Shown: piece by piece, positions 1 to 9,668 of the stretch
How the letters are laid out: every line of letters starts with the position of its first letter
Numbering within the stretch: position 1 is the stretch's first letter
From: Macrostomum lignano
Taxonomy: Eukaryota
Length of the DNA stretch: 40,370 nucleotides
Reading direction: 5' to 3'
Assembly: GCA_002269645.1 (NCBI GenBank)
Contig: NIVC01004619.1
Span: forward strand, 1 to 40,370
Position numbers and translations under genes: made by a program
The notes under the pieces: model-generated
Seen by the model: only the letters and a program-made list of their open reading frames with translations
Told to the model about the DNA's origin: nothing
Databases searched by the model: none

Positions 1-70
1 CTCCGAATCTTACATATACACCAGAAAATTCCGGCGTATAGTAGACCTGAAAATATGCTTGGCGTATAAC

Positions 71-261
71 AGTAGTAGATAAAAATCGGACACGGAGGGT
101 TTTTTTAAATACGAAAAATGTATGGTTGGTACATGGGCAATATACATGGGAGATAGCCGAAACTTCGGACAAATTTTCAACCCTCTCCCGATAGCAACTG
201 GGGCGCAATTTTCCTCTCTTCCACAAAGCGCAGACCTCCAGTTTCTCTTTCCCTCGCCGCC
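71..261 (+). repeat. Left terminal inverted repeat of the Polinton
   Basis: AGTAGTAGATAAAAATCGGACACGGAGGG... is the reverse complement of 17338-17528. The outer ~68 bp are identical, with about 10 mismatches in total by manual alignment. Confidence 0.95.
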
Positions 262-312
262 GACGCTAGTTGTTAAATTTCTAAAACAACTGTTCGTAAA
301 GATAAATTGCCT

Positions 313-491
313 CCAAATCGTTCCAAATCGAAATTCCAGGTAAAGCATGCCACAGAACACAATGTCCAATCAAAAGGTCAGGAAGATAAAACTGACAACT
401 TTTAAGTGAAACAGCTGGCCCCAAATCGCTCCAGATCGAAATGTCAGGGAAAGCAAGCCCCAGAACGCAATGTTCAATCAAAAGGTCAGGA
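313..491 (+). repeat. Imperfect subterminal direct repeat, 2 x 71 bp, period 108 bp
   Basis: CCAAATCG...CAATCAAAAGGTCAGGA at 313-383 and 421-491, about 9 mismatches. Confidence 0.85.
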
Positions 492-653
492 TGTTTGAAC
501 TTACAGCTTGATATGGCTTAAAAGCGTTTCGGGAGAAGTAAAGAATTCAGACGATTTGGGTGAACTATCCGGAAACCTTTTCAAAAAACAGTATATAAGG
601 AAGTGGTGTTTTAGAATCTTCCGGAGCAGACCGAGGGAGACTAACCGACCATC

Positions 654-977
654 ATGGCGTTTTTCGCTAAAGAAGAAGTCTTAAGCGCACAGCAGTTTGT
701 TTCACCCGAGACGCGGCCTACAATCCATGTCGAGCCAGCTTCTTCGCCCAAGTTTGCCAACAACTGTCAGTTCCGCGCTCTCTCTTGGACTCCGGTGGGC
801 GACAAGCACGAGAAACTACCGATTCTACTGCAGTCTCAACAGCCGATTCTACTCTTTCGCGGTTTGCACCGAACAGACAGCGGTGCGGGCACAGAACACT
901 CGTCAACGAAGGACGAGAAGCTATCGCACTTGGTTTTCAAGCCAAGGGCATTTGCCCTCAGCTGGTTTCAACTTTGA
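654..977 (+). CDS. Polinton left-arm ORF, probably the 5' part of a spliced gene continuing at 1080-1833 (possible OB-fold ssDNA-binding protein)
   Basis: ATG 62 bp after a TATATAAG box (592). GAG|GTAAAT donor at 979. Segment LPILLQSQQPILLFRGL. All three frames are open here, so the frame is uncertain. Confidence 0.4.
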   Translation: MAFFAKEEVLSAQQFVSPETRPTIHVEPASSPKFANNCQFRALSWTPVGDKHEKLPILLQSQQPILLFRGLHRTDSGAGTEHSSTKDEKLSHLVFKPRAFALSWFQL

Positions 978-1079
978 GGTAAATACAATCCTATTCTTTG
1001 GTTTGTGAACCGCATCCCAGGTTAGAAATTAAAGTTTACTGCAATTTTCTTACGTTGCTATCTGTCATATTCTTTCCAG

Positions 1080-1833
1080 AGCGATCGAGAAGTCGATCGA
1101 GAAGGCACTTCACCAGCAATCTGACCGAATGGGGCTCATTAGACTCACTAAGAGTCCTGACGCGAGCGGTGCCAACCCAATTACCTGGATCGGCATCAAG
1201 CCCAACTATCCATGCACAACATTCTCCACCAACGAGGGCAGCCGCACAATCCAAGAGGTTTCGCCCCGAGACTTCAGCGAGCGAAGCGGACTCTACCAGA
1301 TCACGGTGCAAATCACTTCGCTCTACCTTCCGAAGGGGGCGCCAGCCTGGCGACTTGCCGCCTGCATCCGATCTCTGGTGTGGCTGTCTGATGGAAACAC
1401 TACCGGCCTGATAGGGAACCTGCAGGGACCTCTGTCCGAGTATCGGATTGTGCATGAACATAGCAACGAGGAGAAAATTTCAAGTTTGCCTACTCCAAGT
1501 CTTCTCACTGCCACCGGCAAGAATCGAAGTGAGAGCAGCACCACGCCGAAGAAGAAGAGGAGAACCTCATCACCACCGCCGCCACCAAGCAAGAATTCGA
1601 AACGTCCAAGGCCTGCCGCGAGCGCTCCTAAGAACCAGCCTGCTTGCAAAGGTGGACCAGCAAGCGATCCCGACTGGGCTGAAGTACCGGCAGTCAAGAA
1701 GCTCGTAAGTTCGCCTACGGTTCAGCCGGGAAAGCGAGTCGCCTCTAAGGATCTCTCGTACGCCAAGCAGCTAGCTGGAGCTGAAGCCTCGAGCAACAGA
1801 TCCTCCGATTCGGATTGCAGTCTGTTCGCTTAA
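1080..1833 (+). CDS. Polinton left-arm exon/ORF: beta-rich domain plus basic, Pro/Ser-rich tail with NLS-like PKKKRR
   Basis: ORF 1129-1833 is open upstream to the TCTTTCCAG acceptor (1079). It has a globular-looking region (TWIGIKP...YQITVQITSLYL...WRLAACIRSLVW) followed by a low-complexity tail. AATAAA at 2253. Confidence 0.55.
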
Positions 1834-2314
1834 GCTCCAACTGGTGTCATTGCTGCGAGGGACTTTTTCAGCATGTCTGACGTCTCGCACTATCATAAAC
1901 TTTAACTATTTCTGGCAAATTTTTAGTAGCAAGGACGAGCACCTGAATATTCGTAAACATTTAAATAGATCGGCTCGCCTTGGATTCAACTTCCTCACAT
2001 GTTTTAAAGCATATAGCTCGGGTTTTCTAGCCTATCCTTTTAAACGCAAATTGTTATTTTCATTAGATGCTCTACGTCGTTTACATCGCTTTTCTTCTCG
2101 TCAATCTGCTGCTTGGCTTTTAGACTGCAAGGCTGGTTTACTCGCCTTAGTGCTTATCTTTAGCAATTCGCCTGCCTACCTACTGCTATCCGCGAGACAT
2201 TTAGCCTGACTGCAATAGCGCTTTTGCTAACTACCCGACTTATTATTATTATAATAAACTGATGACCAAGTTCTTTGTCTTACCACGACTTATTCAGACT
2301 TATTTCTGGTTTGA

Positions 2315-2932
2315 AATTTTCAGAGAATTGTTCAGAGTGTCGGGAGCGCACAACTGGATTTGAGCGGTTCCGATGGACTAGATTTATTTCAGCTTCAGCT
2401 AAAACTGCTAAAAAGCGGATTCAATTGCAAACTCTATTTTGGACGACCCTCTATGCTGAGAGTTGCTACGAGTGCTGGCTATACTATGCAAATCTATCCT
2501 GGTGGAAAAATTACAATTTTTCGATGTGCATCAAATCTCAAATTAATATCCACACTCCTGGCAATTCACAATTCTGTTTTTAAGCTGGATTTTAATTCAA
2601 TACGTATTCAAACCTCAACATATGTTGGTGAATATGAATTTTATAGCGCAACAGACAGATTTTTTATGCTAAAATTAAGAATTGGATGTTTCATTGGTTT
2701 CACTGTGAGCTACGATGCAGAAACTTTTCCTCAAGCCGTGCGATTGCGCTGCAGCTGGAATAAACGTTTGTTTGCAAATTTGTTTTGTTCAAAAAAGCTG
2801 GTCATAATGGGCCCAGCAAATGCCCAAGAACTCTCCTCTATTTTATCATGTATTGAAACATACTTAAAGCTTTCGATTCCTAATTCAACGCATAATATCT
2901 TGCAGTCAATCGATCCTATATCCAACAACTAG
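2315..2932 (+). CDS. Divergent TATA-binding-protein-like protein (two TBP-like repeats); start codon unresolved
   Basis: The frame is open from 2315. Repeat 1: RIVQSVGSAQLDL...LDLFQL...TMQIYPGGKITIF. Repeat 2: IRIQTSTYV...SYDAETFPQAVRL...ANLFCSKKLVIMG. These resemble TBP KIQNMVGS...YEPELFPGLIYRM...LLIFVSGKVVLTG. There is no in-frame ATG before 2453; a TTTTCAG acceptor lies at 2317-2323. Confidence 0.7.
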   Translation, partial: NFQRIVQSVGSAQLDLSGSDGLDLFQLQLKLLKSGFNCKLYFGRPSMLRVATSAGYTMQIYPGGKITIFRCASNLKLISTLLAIHNSVFKLDFNSIRIQTSTYVGEYEFYSATDRFFMLKLRIGCFIGFTVSYDAETFPQAVRLRCSWNKRLFANLFCSKKLVIMGPANAQELSSILSCIETYLKLSIPNSTHNILQSIDPISNN

Positions 2933-2941
2933 TAATCTGAA

Positions 2942-3621
2942 ATGGCAAATATCGTTTTTGCACCGAGCGTCTTCATCCTTGAAGGACTGTTGGGAGCGGG
3001 CAAATCCACCGTACTGCATAATTTGGCACTACGATCAAGACTAGACAACTGGAGGAAGCGTGCTCATTTTCTGCCGGTGCAAATTTTTGCCGCAGCGAGG
3101 GTCCTTTTTGCGGCGCCCTGGAGAAGTTTTATTCTGGTGAACTGTCAGCATTTGCTTTTCAAACGTTGGTGTACCAAGAGCTGATGGGACGCGACATGGC
3201 CGCAGTTCAATTTGCGACAAACGAGGTGAAGGAGGGCCGCCAGCCGATTGATCTGATAGTGATGGACCGACACCTACGATCCGGAATTGCCTTTTCAAAT
3301 CTGTTGTACAAACAGGATCGGTTGACTAACTTTGAACTGAATCTGATGATTCGGTTGTATGAAATGTTTACCAACTGCTTTCAATCTGATGCCACACTAA
3401 TCTATCTGGACATCACACCCGAGCTTGCACTGGAGCGCATTCAACAGCGAAACCGAGGTGGGGAGCAGCACATTACACTGAGTTATCTTGAACAACTACG
3501 GGAGGAGCTGCATGCACAGTTTGCTCTTTTCAAAACTGTGCACAAGATCCGAGTGCTGCCAGAGACTACTCTTGAGGATGTTGTGGACACAGTTTGCAAG
3601 ATTATTAATCCTTCTGGCTGA
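2942..3621 (+). CDS. Deoxynucleoside/deoxynucleotide kinase (P-loop), with one -1 frameshift near 3020-3025
   Basis: ILEGLLGAGKST P-loop in frame 2. In frame 1: LEKFYSGELSAFAFQ, MDRHLRSGIAF and LIYLDITPELALERIQQRNRGGE, all dNK-family motifs. AATAAA at 3680. Confidence 0.88.
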
Positions 3622-3856
3622 GTGACTCGCGTTTTGACTCGCCTTAATTGCTACATGAAGACAATCTGAAATGTGATTTAATAAAACAGTTGGCCCTTGA
3701 TTATTCGATTATTCCTTGACCAGCATCAAGGAACAAGTTGGGAATTCCCTACTTGTTGGCCATGCCATCAAAGCGCGTTCGTTCTTTTTTAATTCCATAC
3801 TGCATTTTAGTCCTAAAAATCATCAAAATTCTTGCATTATTTGTTTAATATTAACC

Positions 3857-4625
3857 ATGATAAAAGCACGTTTTTTAAAGAAAAAAAAATTGTTATTCCA
3901 GCCAAGAGCTCGCTGCCTGGTTTGTCGAAAGACCTTCCGCAATGTGGCTGCGCTGCATGCTCACTCGCATGGAGAATGCTTTGCGCCAGATCGACTGTTG
4001 GAGGGGCCATTCGAGGAGCTTCAGGCGCACCCACCAGACGGTTGGTCTGTTCACCTGGAAGAAAGTGCGCATCAGGGGCGAGCCAACTTTCTGCAGTTTG
4101 TTCCTAATTCCGCTGAATCTCCATCGCAAACATCCGCCACCACCGACGACCTTCTACCTGCCGACAAGCTGAACCAGCTGCGCGCCCCAATCTATTGGCT
4201 TTTCAATATGACTTTACAAAAAGGACTGATGTTGAGAACATGTCTGCATGTCAAGGTGAAGCTGTTTCGGATGCTGGCGGATTTGCGGCAACACCCCGAT
4301 CTCTCAACAGGCGCTTTAAATTCACCAGCAACTGAAATAATCTCTGCATATTTCAACAGTCACATGGTTACAATTTCACTGGATAAAGAGGGCACCGGTA
4401 CTGGCGAACTGTCTGAGGAGAGTTTCAACGACTGGTTTATGCGTGCAATCACCGAAGTGACAAGCAAAATTGACAGCTTCCAGAAACGTGGCAGTGGTTG
4501 GAAGTATGACAGCATTGAACAGCTTGACCTGATGCTATGCCCCTATAGGAAGTCTCGTTCTCGGCCAAGCTACAACCCGGGCAGTAGGAATTCCACAGCG
4601 GCAGAGCAACAGCTGGGCGGTGGTA

Positions 4626-4660
<35 letters not shown>

Positions 4661-7600
4661 GCCAGAACATTTAAAGTCCCGTTGTCGGTTGGATGCAAGA
4701 GAGGAGCCGTAATATTTTTGAAGCCAAACAATAATCGGCAGCCTAACTGCTTCAAGTATGCAATCGTAGCAAGCATCTTTTATGCCCAAGTGAAGCGTCC
4801 TCATTTGAAGAGCAGCTATACAGAACATTTGCGAGAATTGGATTTTGGAACTAAATTACAAGTCGGATCAGCGAGACATGCCAAATGCTCATATATTAAA
4901 TTTTTGAACAAAAATCCAGGGTTAAGTTTGCGTGTATTCGTTTGGGATTACGAAGCAAAGACTGCCGTGCATTACTTTTCGCGCCACTGTTCCCCGGAGA
5001 CAGCCCGCTTCATGGCAAACTGTTTGTTCATCCCACCATATGGCAAATTCAAGCTGGGCCACTACATGCCTGTTCGTAATTTGAACTCACTTCTAAGCTG
5101 CCGAGGCAAACGACGGCGTGTCTGCCCAACTTGCCTGGCTCCGTTTTCGGAAAAAATATCATGGGACTTCATTCTGAACGAGCACCAATGCATCGGAGGG
5201 TGCGAGAGCCAGTCCTCGCTCCGCTGGATGTCCGAGCCGCTGCCACAAATACGGGAGGTGCGCAGGCCGCCAATTGAGAAGATGCCTCTGCCGGAGAATG
5301 CTAGTCTTGAGTTTACCGAACATGCTGCAAGGCTGCCGGCGCTGTACGTAGTTTATGCCGACATGGAATGCCTATGTGCACCGCCGGACGCCAGCGCTCC
5401 ACATGTGGGAGCCTCTCAAAAGATTCGCGAGATCCACAAACCGCTTTGCATCGGTTATCGGGTGGTGGCCTGTCCCGGAGTTGAAAGCCGGCTGCCTTCA
5501 CTATATGGCGAAAGGTCCGCCTGTTCGGTTATCTATTCGCGGCCCAACGGTGGAGATGATTGCATTGGGCTGTTTTTGATCAAGCTCCGCCAGCTAGCAA
5601 GCGAGATCTACCGACACGCCAAGGATGAAACATATGTTCCTTTGCTTAAAAAATATCTTCATCTGACGGACCGTGTCGAGAAGCGGCGCCACAAGCATTG
5701 TCAGCTATGTAATCGCGTTTTTGAGCTTGATGAACGCCAAGTCCTGGATCACGATCATCTTACTGGCCTGCCTAGGGGAGTTTTGTGTGTCAGCTGCAAT
5801 CGCAAATTGAGCTTGAATCGCCACCGGCTGTTGGTCTATTTTCACAACCTGTCGGCATATGATGGCAAGTTTATTGTTCGCCAAGTTTACGAAACCTTTT
5901 CCGGTGAAGAAGTTAAACTTTATGTTTTGCCTGAAAATCGCGAGCGATTCAAAACGTTCTCTATCAAGTTCAAGCTGCCTGCTGCTGATGGGCAGCACCA
6001 CGTTTGGTTTGAAATCTGCTTCAAGGACACTTTTGCGTATTTACCAACTAGCCTAGCAAGTCTAGCTGAACGCCTGCTCCCTTCTCAGCTGGTGCACACA
6101 AGCAAACTATTGGAGCAATACCCGAGACTACGACCGGAGACGTTGCAGCAGAAGGGAGTTTTTCCCTATTCGTTCCTTGATCGAATGGACAAATTGGACA
6201 GCGTAAAATCTCTGCCAGCAAAGGAGAGGTTTTTCAATAGACTAACAATGCAGCATTGCTCTGACGCCGACTACGCTCGAGCCAAGGCCAGCTGGGAGGA
6301 ATTCGGCTGCCACACTCTGCGTGACTACACTACTGCCTACCTGCGATTGGATGTGCTTTTGCTCTGCGACGTGTTTGAAAATTTCAGAAATAATGCAATC
6401 AAAGAGTATCAAATTGATCCCGCTCATTTTCTTGGCTCTCCAATGTACAGCCTGGCGGCGTGCTTGCTTCAACTTGCAGAGCCAATTCAACTCTTCACTG
6501 ATACAGCCATGTATGCTGAAATTGAGAGCTCTGTGCGCGGCGGTTTCAGCTTTGGGACACGTCACGTAACCACAGCAAATAACTCGTTGGTTTCGCTCAT
6601 TCGTCAAGATTTGGACAGGGACGAGGGCAACTTTGCGAGCCTGAGGGCAAATGCACCAGAAAACACCTTTTTGGTTTACTTGGATGCAAACTCGCTCTAT
6701 TCTAGTTGCATGGTACAACCTCTACCATACAAGAACTTTCGTTGGCTTTCTGCTCGAGATGTGAATCGCATACCATGCGATAACACCCCCGGCGCAGGCT
6801 ATTACCTCGAAAATCCGCAAGTGAAGAGTCAAATGCTAGACTGGCTGACGAAGTTTTGTTCTGAGGAGCGAGGAGCTTATTTCACAGTCGATCTGCATTA
6901 TCCCGAGTTTCTACACGATAGCACTGCTGACCTCCCACTGGCGATTGGGCACGAGATTGTGAGAGAAGATCGGCTGACGGATCAAATGCGGCAAGATTGG
7001 ACAGCACTTCAACGACAACTGAACCCCGAGCGATATGCCTCTGCCAGCTGTTACCAAGACGTGAAGGCATTCAAGAGCCCTGCGCGCAAGCTCATCGGTT
7101 CTGTCGAGCACAAGCGCGAATATGTGTTGCACCACCGTGCATTGCGACTTTACCTCGAGTTGGGGATGCGAGTCACAAGGGTCTATCGCGTCATCTGTTT
7201 CACCGAGAAGCCAATATTACGCTCTTACATTGAGCGCAACATTAGCCGACGAATAGAAGCCAAGACGGAATTTGAACGTGATCTGTTCAAGCTACTCAAC
7301 AATGCTTTGTTTGGCAAGTTTCTGCAACGTGTTCGTGACCGATTGTGCTTCAAGATGTGCACCGACGCTGCAAAGCTGGAGTCCTATGTCAGCATGGAAA
7401 GCTTCCTAGATGTTATCATTTACAACGAGAATTTGGCGGGAGTTAGTCTATCTCCTCGTCAAGTTTTGCTTAACAAGCCAATTATCATTGGCGCGTCAAT
7501 TCTGGACATTGCCAAAACTATGGTTTACAATTTTTATTACAACCATGTTCAGGCTCATCATTCGCTTTCATGTGCACGCGTTCTGGCAGGCGACACCGAC

Positions 7601-8137
7601 AGTCTGATGATGGCACTGGTGATGCGCAGACCTGGTGACACGCCCTATAATTCATTGTTCAAGGACCTGATCGCTCAAGGACTACTTGATACCAGCAACT
7701 ATCCGCCGGATCATGCCCTTTATTCTACCCAACACAAGGGTCGGCTGCTTGCATGGAAAGACGAATTTGCTGGAGCGGTTCCAATCGAGTTGGTATTTTT
7801 ACGACCAAAGAACTACTCTTTTCTCTACGTTACCGATACGATTCGGCAACTCTCTCGATGCAAAGGCGTGAGCAAGCAAGTGGCTCGCACGTTCAAGCAC
7901 ACGGCCTACCTCTCGGTCTTGGAGAAGAGAAGAGTGATGTATGCAAGCTTCGCTCGAATTGCTTCTAAGAAGAAAGTTGTTTTTCTCATGGAACAGAAGA
8001 AGCTCGCGCTCGGATTTTTTGATACAAAGCGCGCTTGGACAACCCTCCTTGCTTCTCAACCATTCGGACATTGGCGGCTGCGAGCAGCATGCGAAACGCA
8101 GGCAAGAATTACTTTCTTGATACTGTTTAGCATCTAG
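3857..8137 (+). CDS. polB: Protein-primed family B DNA polymerase (pPolB) with N-terminal extension and endonuclease VII-like Zn insert
   Basis: Exo I YADME, Exo II FHNLSAYD, Exo III YLRLDV; KGVFPY; RGG; motif A YLDANSLY, motif B KLLNNALFGK, motif C GDTDS; CKGV. The insert is CQLC...DHDHLTGLPRGVLCVSCN. First ATG at 3857; the start may be spliced. Confidence 0.97.
4628..4657 (+). repeat. (GGC)10 microsatellite encoding a poly-Gly linker in pPolB
   Basis: Direct reading of the sequence. Confidence 0.95.
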
Positions 8138-8466
8138 ATGATACAGTAGCATCTTTAGCTTAATATTTTTTCGTTTTTTTAATTTCAGGCAACAATCGAT
8201 TCGGAAAAGGAGGACTATTCGATGGATGAAAATTGACTTTTGCTTTGTACATTAACACCATATATGCCAGGCATCGTGTGTAGACTAGTCATCATTTTAG
8301 CATGGTGTCCTATCTCTTGAGGTTCACTCATTTTCGTTGGCTGACACAGCGCTCTAGAATAAATGTGTATTGAATGACTAACGAACGTGATTGGTTTTTC
8401 GCTCCTTCTTTTGCAAGAGTATATAAGCCCAGATGTTGAGACTTTAGTTTAACTTTTGTCCGAAAA

Positions 8467-9336
8467 ATGCAGTCGTCCTCTTCGCCTAGCCAACCGAGTT
8501 TAAGAAGTAGGAAAAGCCAATTATCGAAACTGTTCATTTCGCCATATACACAAACGAGTGGTTTGTGCAATTTCCCAGTCCCGCCACCAACTCCCACTCC
8601 CGAGAATGCAAACAAAAAATTTATTTTCAATGTTTCAGCCAGTACAATGCAGCGCCAGCAGCAAGAATCTCTAAATCCAAGTGACACTAGCAGCTGTAAA
8701 GACGCAGCGCCAGTTCCGCTACGCCTAAATCCCGATTGGTGTCAACAATACCTCGCAGGCTCACCACCGATCGAGAAAAATCTAATTGTCCGCCTTCTCA
8801 GCAATCATGCTGCGGTTCCGGCCAGACAGACAGAGGGCTCTATCGGGTATGATCTGACTGCAGCCGAGACCAAGACCGTCCCTGCGCAGGGACGAGCGAT
8901 TTTTGATATTGGGATTTCAGTCCGAGTACCGGCTGGCACCTATGGAAGAATCGCTGGGCGCTCTGGTCTGTCAGCGTTTCACGGAATCACGGTGGGCGGC
9001 GGAGTAATTGACCCAGACTACTGCGGACGAATTACGGTGATTCTCTTCAACCACGGCATACGAGACTATCATGTTCGCATCGGCGAAAGGATTGCGCAGC
9101 TGGTTCTGGAGAAGGCGGAAATCGCTCCGGTCAAGGTAGAGAACTACACTATCGCTCGCGGGAAGAAGCGTGAAGCGCTGGACAACCAGCGTCAGTTGTC
9201 AGCGTCAGCATCGTCAGTTGCGGAGACCGCCAAGGTTGATGAAGAAGAGAAGATGAAGAATCTGGCGGACGCAATCGTTCAACAAGAAGCTTGCAAGCAG
9301 CGGGGCGATTCAGGCTTTGGCAGCACGGGGATGTAA
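8467..9336 (+). CDS. dut: Trimeric-type dUTPase with N-terminal extension and long linker before motif V
   Basis: Motif I GYDL, motif II GRSG, motif III GVIDPDYCG, motif IV GERIAQL, motif V RGDSGFGSTG. Confidence 0.96.
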   Translation: MQSSSSPSQPSLRSRKSQLSKLFISPYTQTSGLCNFPVPPPTPTPENANKKFIFNVSASTMQRQQQESLNPSDTSSCKDAAPVPLRLNPDWCQQYLAGSPPIEKNLIVRLLSNHAAVPARQTEGSIGYDLTAAETKTVPAQGRAIFDIGISVRVPAGTYGRIAGRSGLSAFHGITVGGGVIDPDYCGRITVILFNHGIRDYHVRIGERIAQLVLEKAEIAPVKVENYTIARGKKREALDNQRQLSASASSVAETAKVDEEEKMKNLADAIVQQEACKQRGDSGFGSTGM

Positions 9337-9402
9337 AGATTGCAGGTTTAAATTGCGCGCAAGAGCGGTAGTATCTGGAAATTACTGCAGTTCATTCTTT
9401 TT

Positions 9403-9617
9403 TTCAAGAATAAACAATTCTGCATGCATATAAAGACTATAAGTTATGCTCCAAAATTGCAAGGAACAAATATATCTGTATCTGAATCCTTAACGCATAT
9501 AAGCTATCTTTTATTCAAGAATAAACAATTCTGCATGCATATAAAGACTATAAGTTATGCTCCAAAATTGCAAGGAACAAATATATCTGTATCTGAATCC
9601 TTAACGCATATAAGCTA
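9403..9617 (+). repeat. Exact direct repeat, 2 x 104 bp, period 111 bp, between dUTPase and PLA2
   Basis: TTCAAGAATAAACAATTC...GCATATAAGCTA at 9403-9506 and 9514-9617. Confidence 0.95.
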
Positions 9618-9668
9618 AACTAAATTATTTGCTATTGGTTTTCAAGTCTTTACTATTTAAGCAACAAA

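Noticed and set aside
1844-2209. 121-aa GTG-start ORF
   Set aside because: No motif, and it lies between the upstream stop and AATAAA 2253; more likely 3' UTR.
3011-3039. 29-nt GT-AG mini-intron as the fix for the dNK frameshift
   Set aside because: Too short, and it would delete the helix after the P-loop.
3716-3856. N-terminal extension of pPolB in the ORF track
   Set aside because: TTG start in AT-rich intergenic-like sequence; the first ATG is at 3857.
9136-9300. Possible in-frame intron explaining the dUTPase insert
   Set aside because: No polypyrimidine tract, and removal would leave a 7-aa linker that is too short for motif V to reach the active site.
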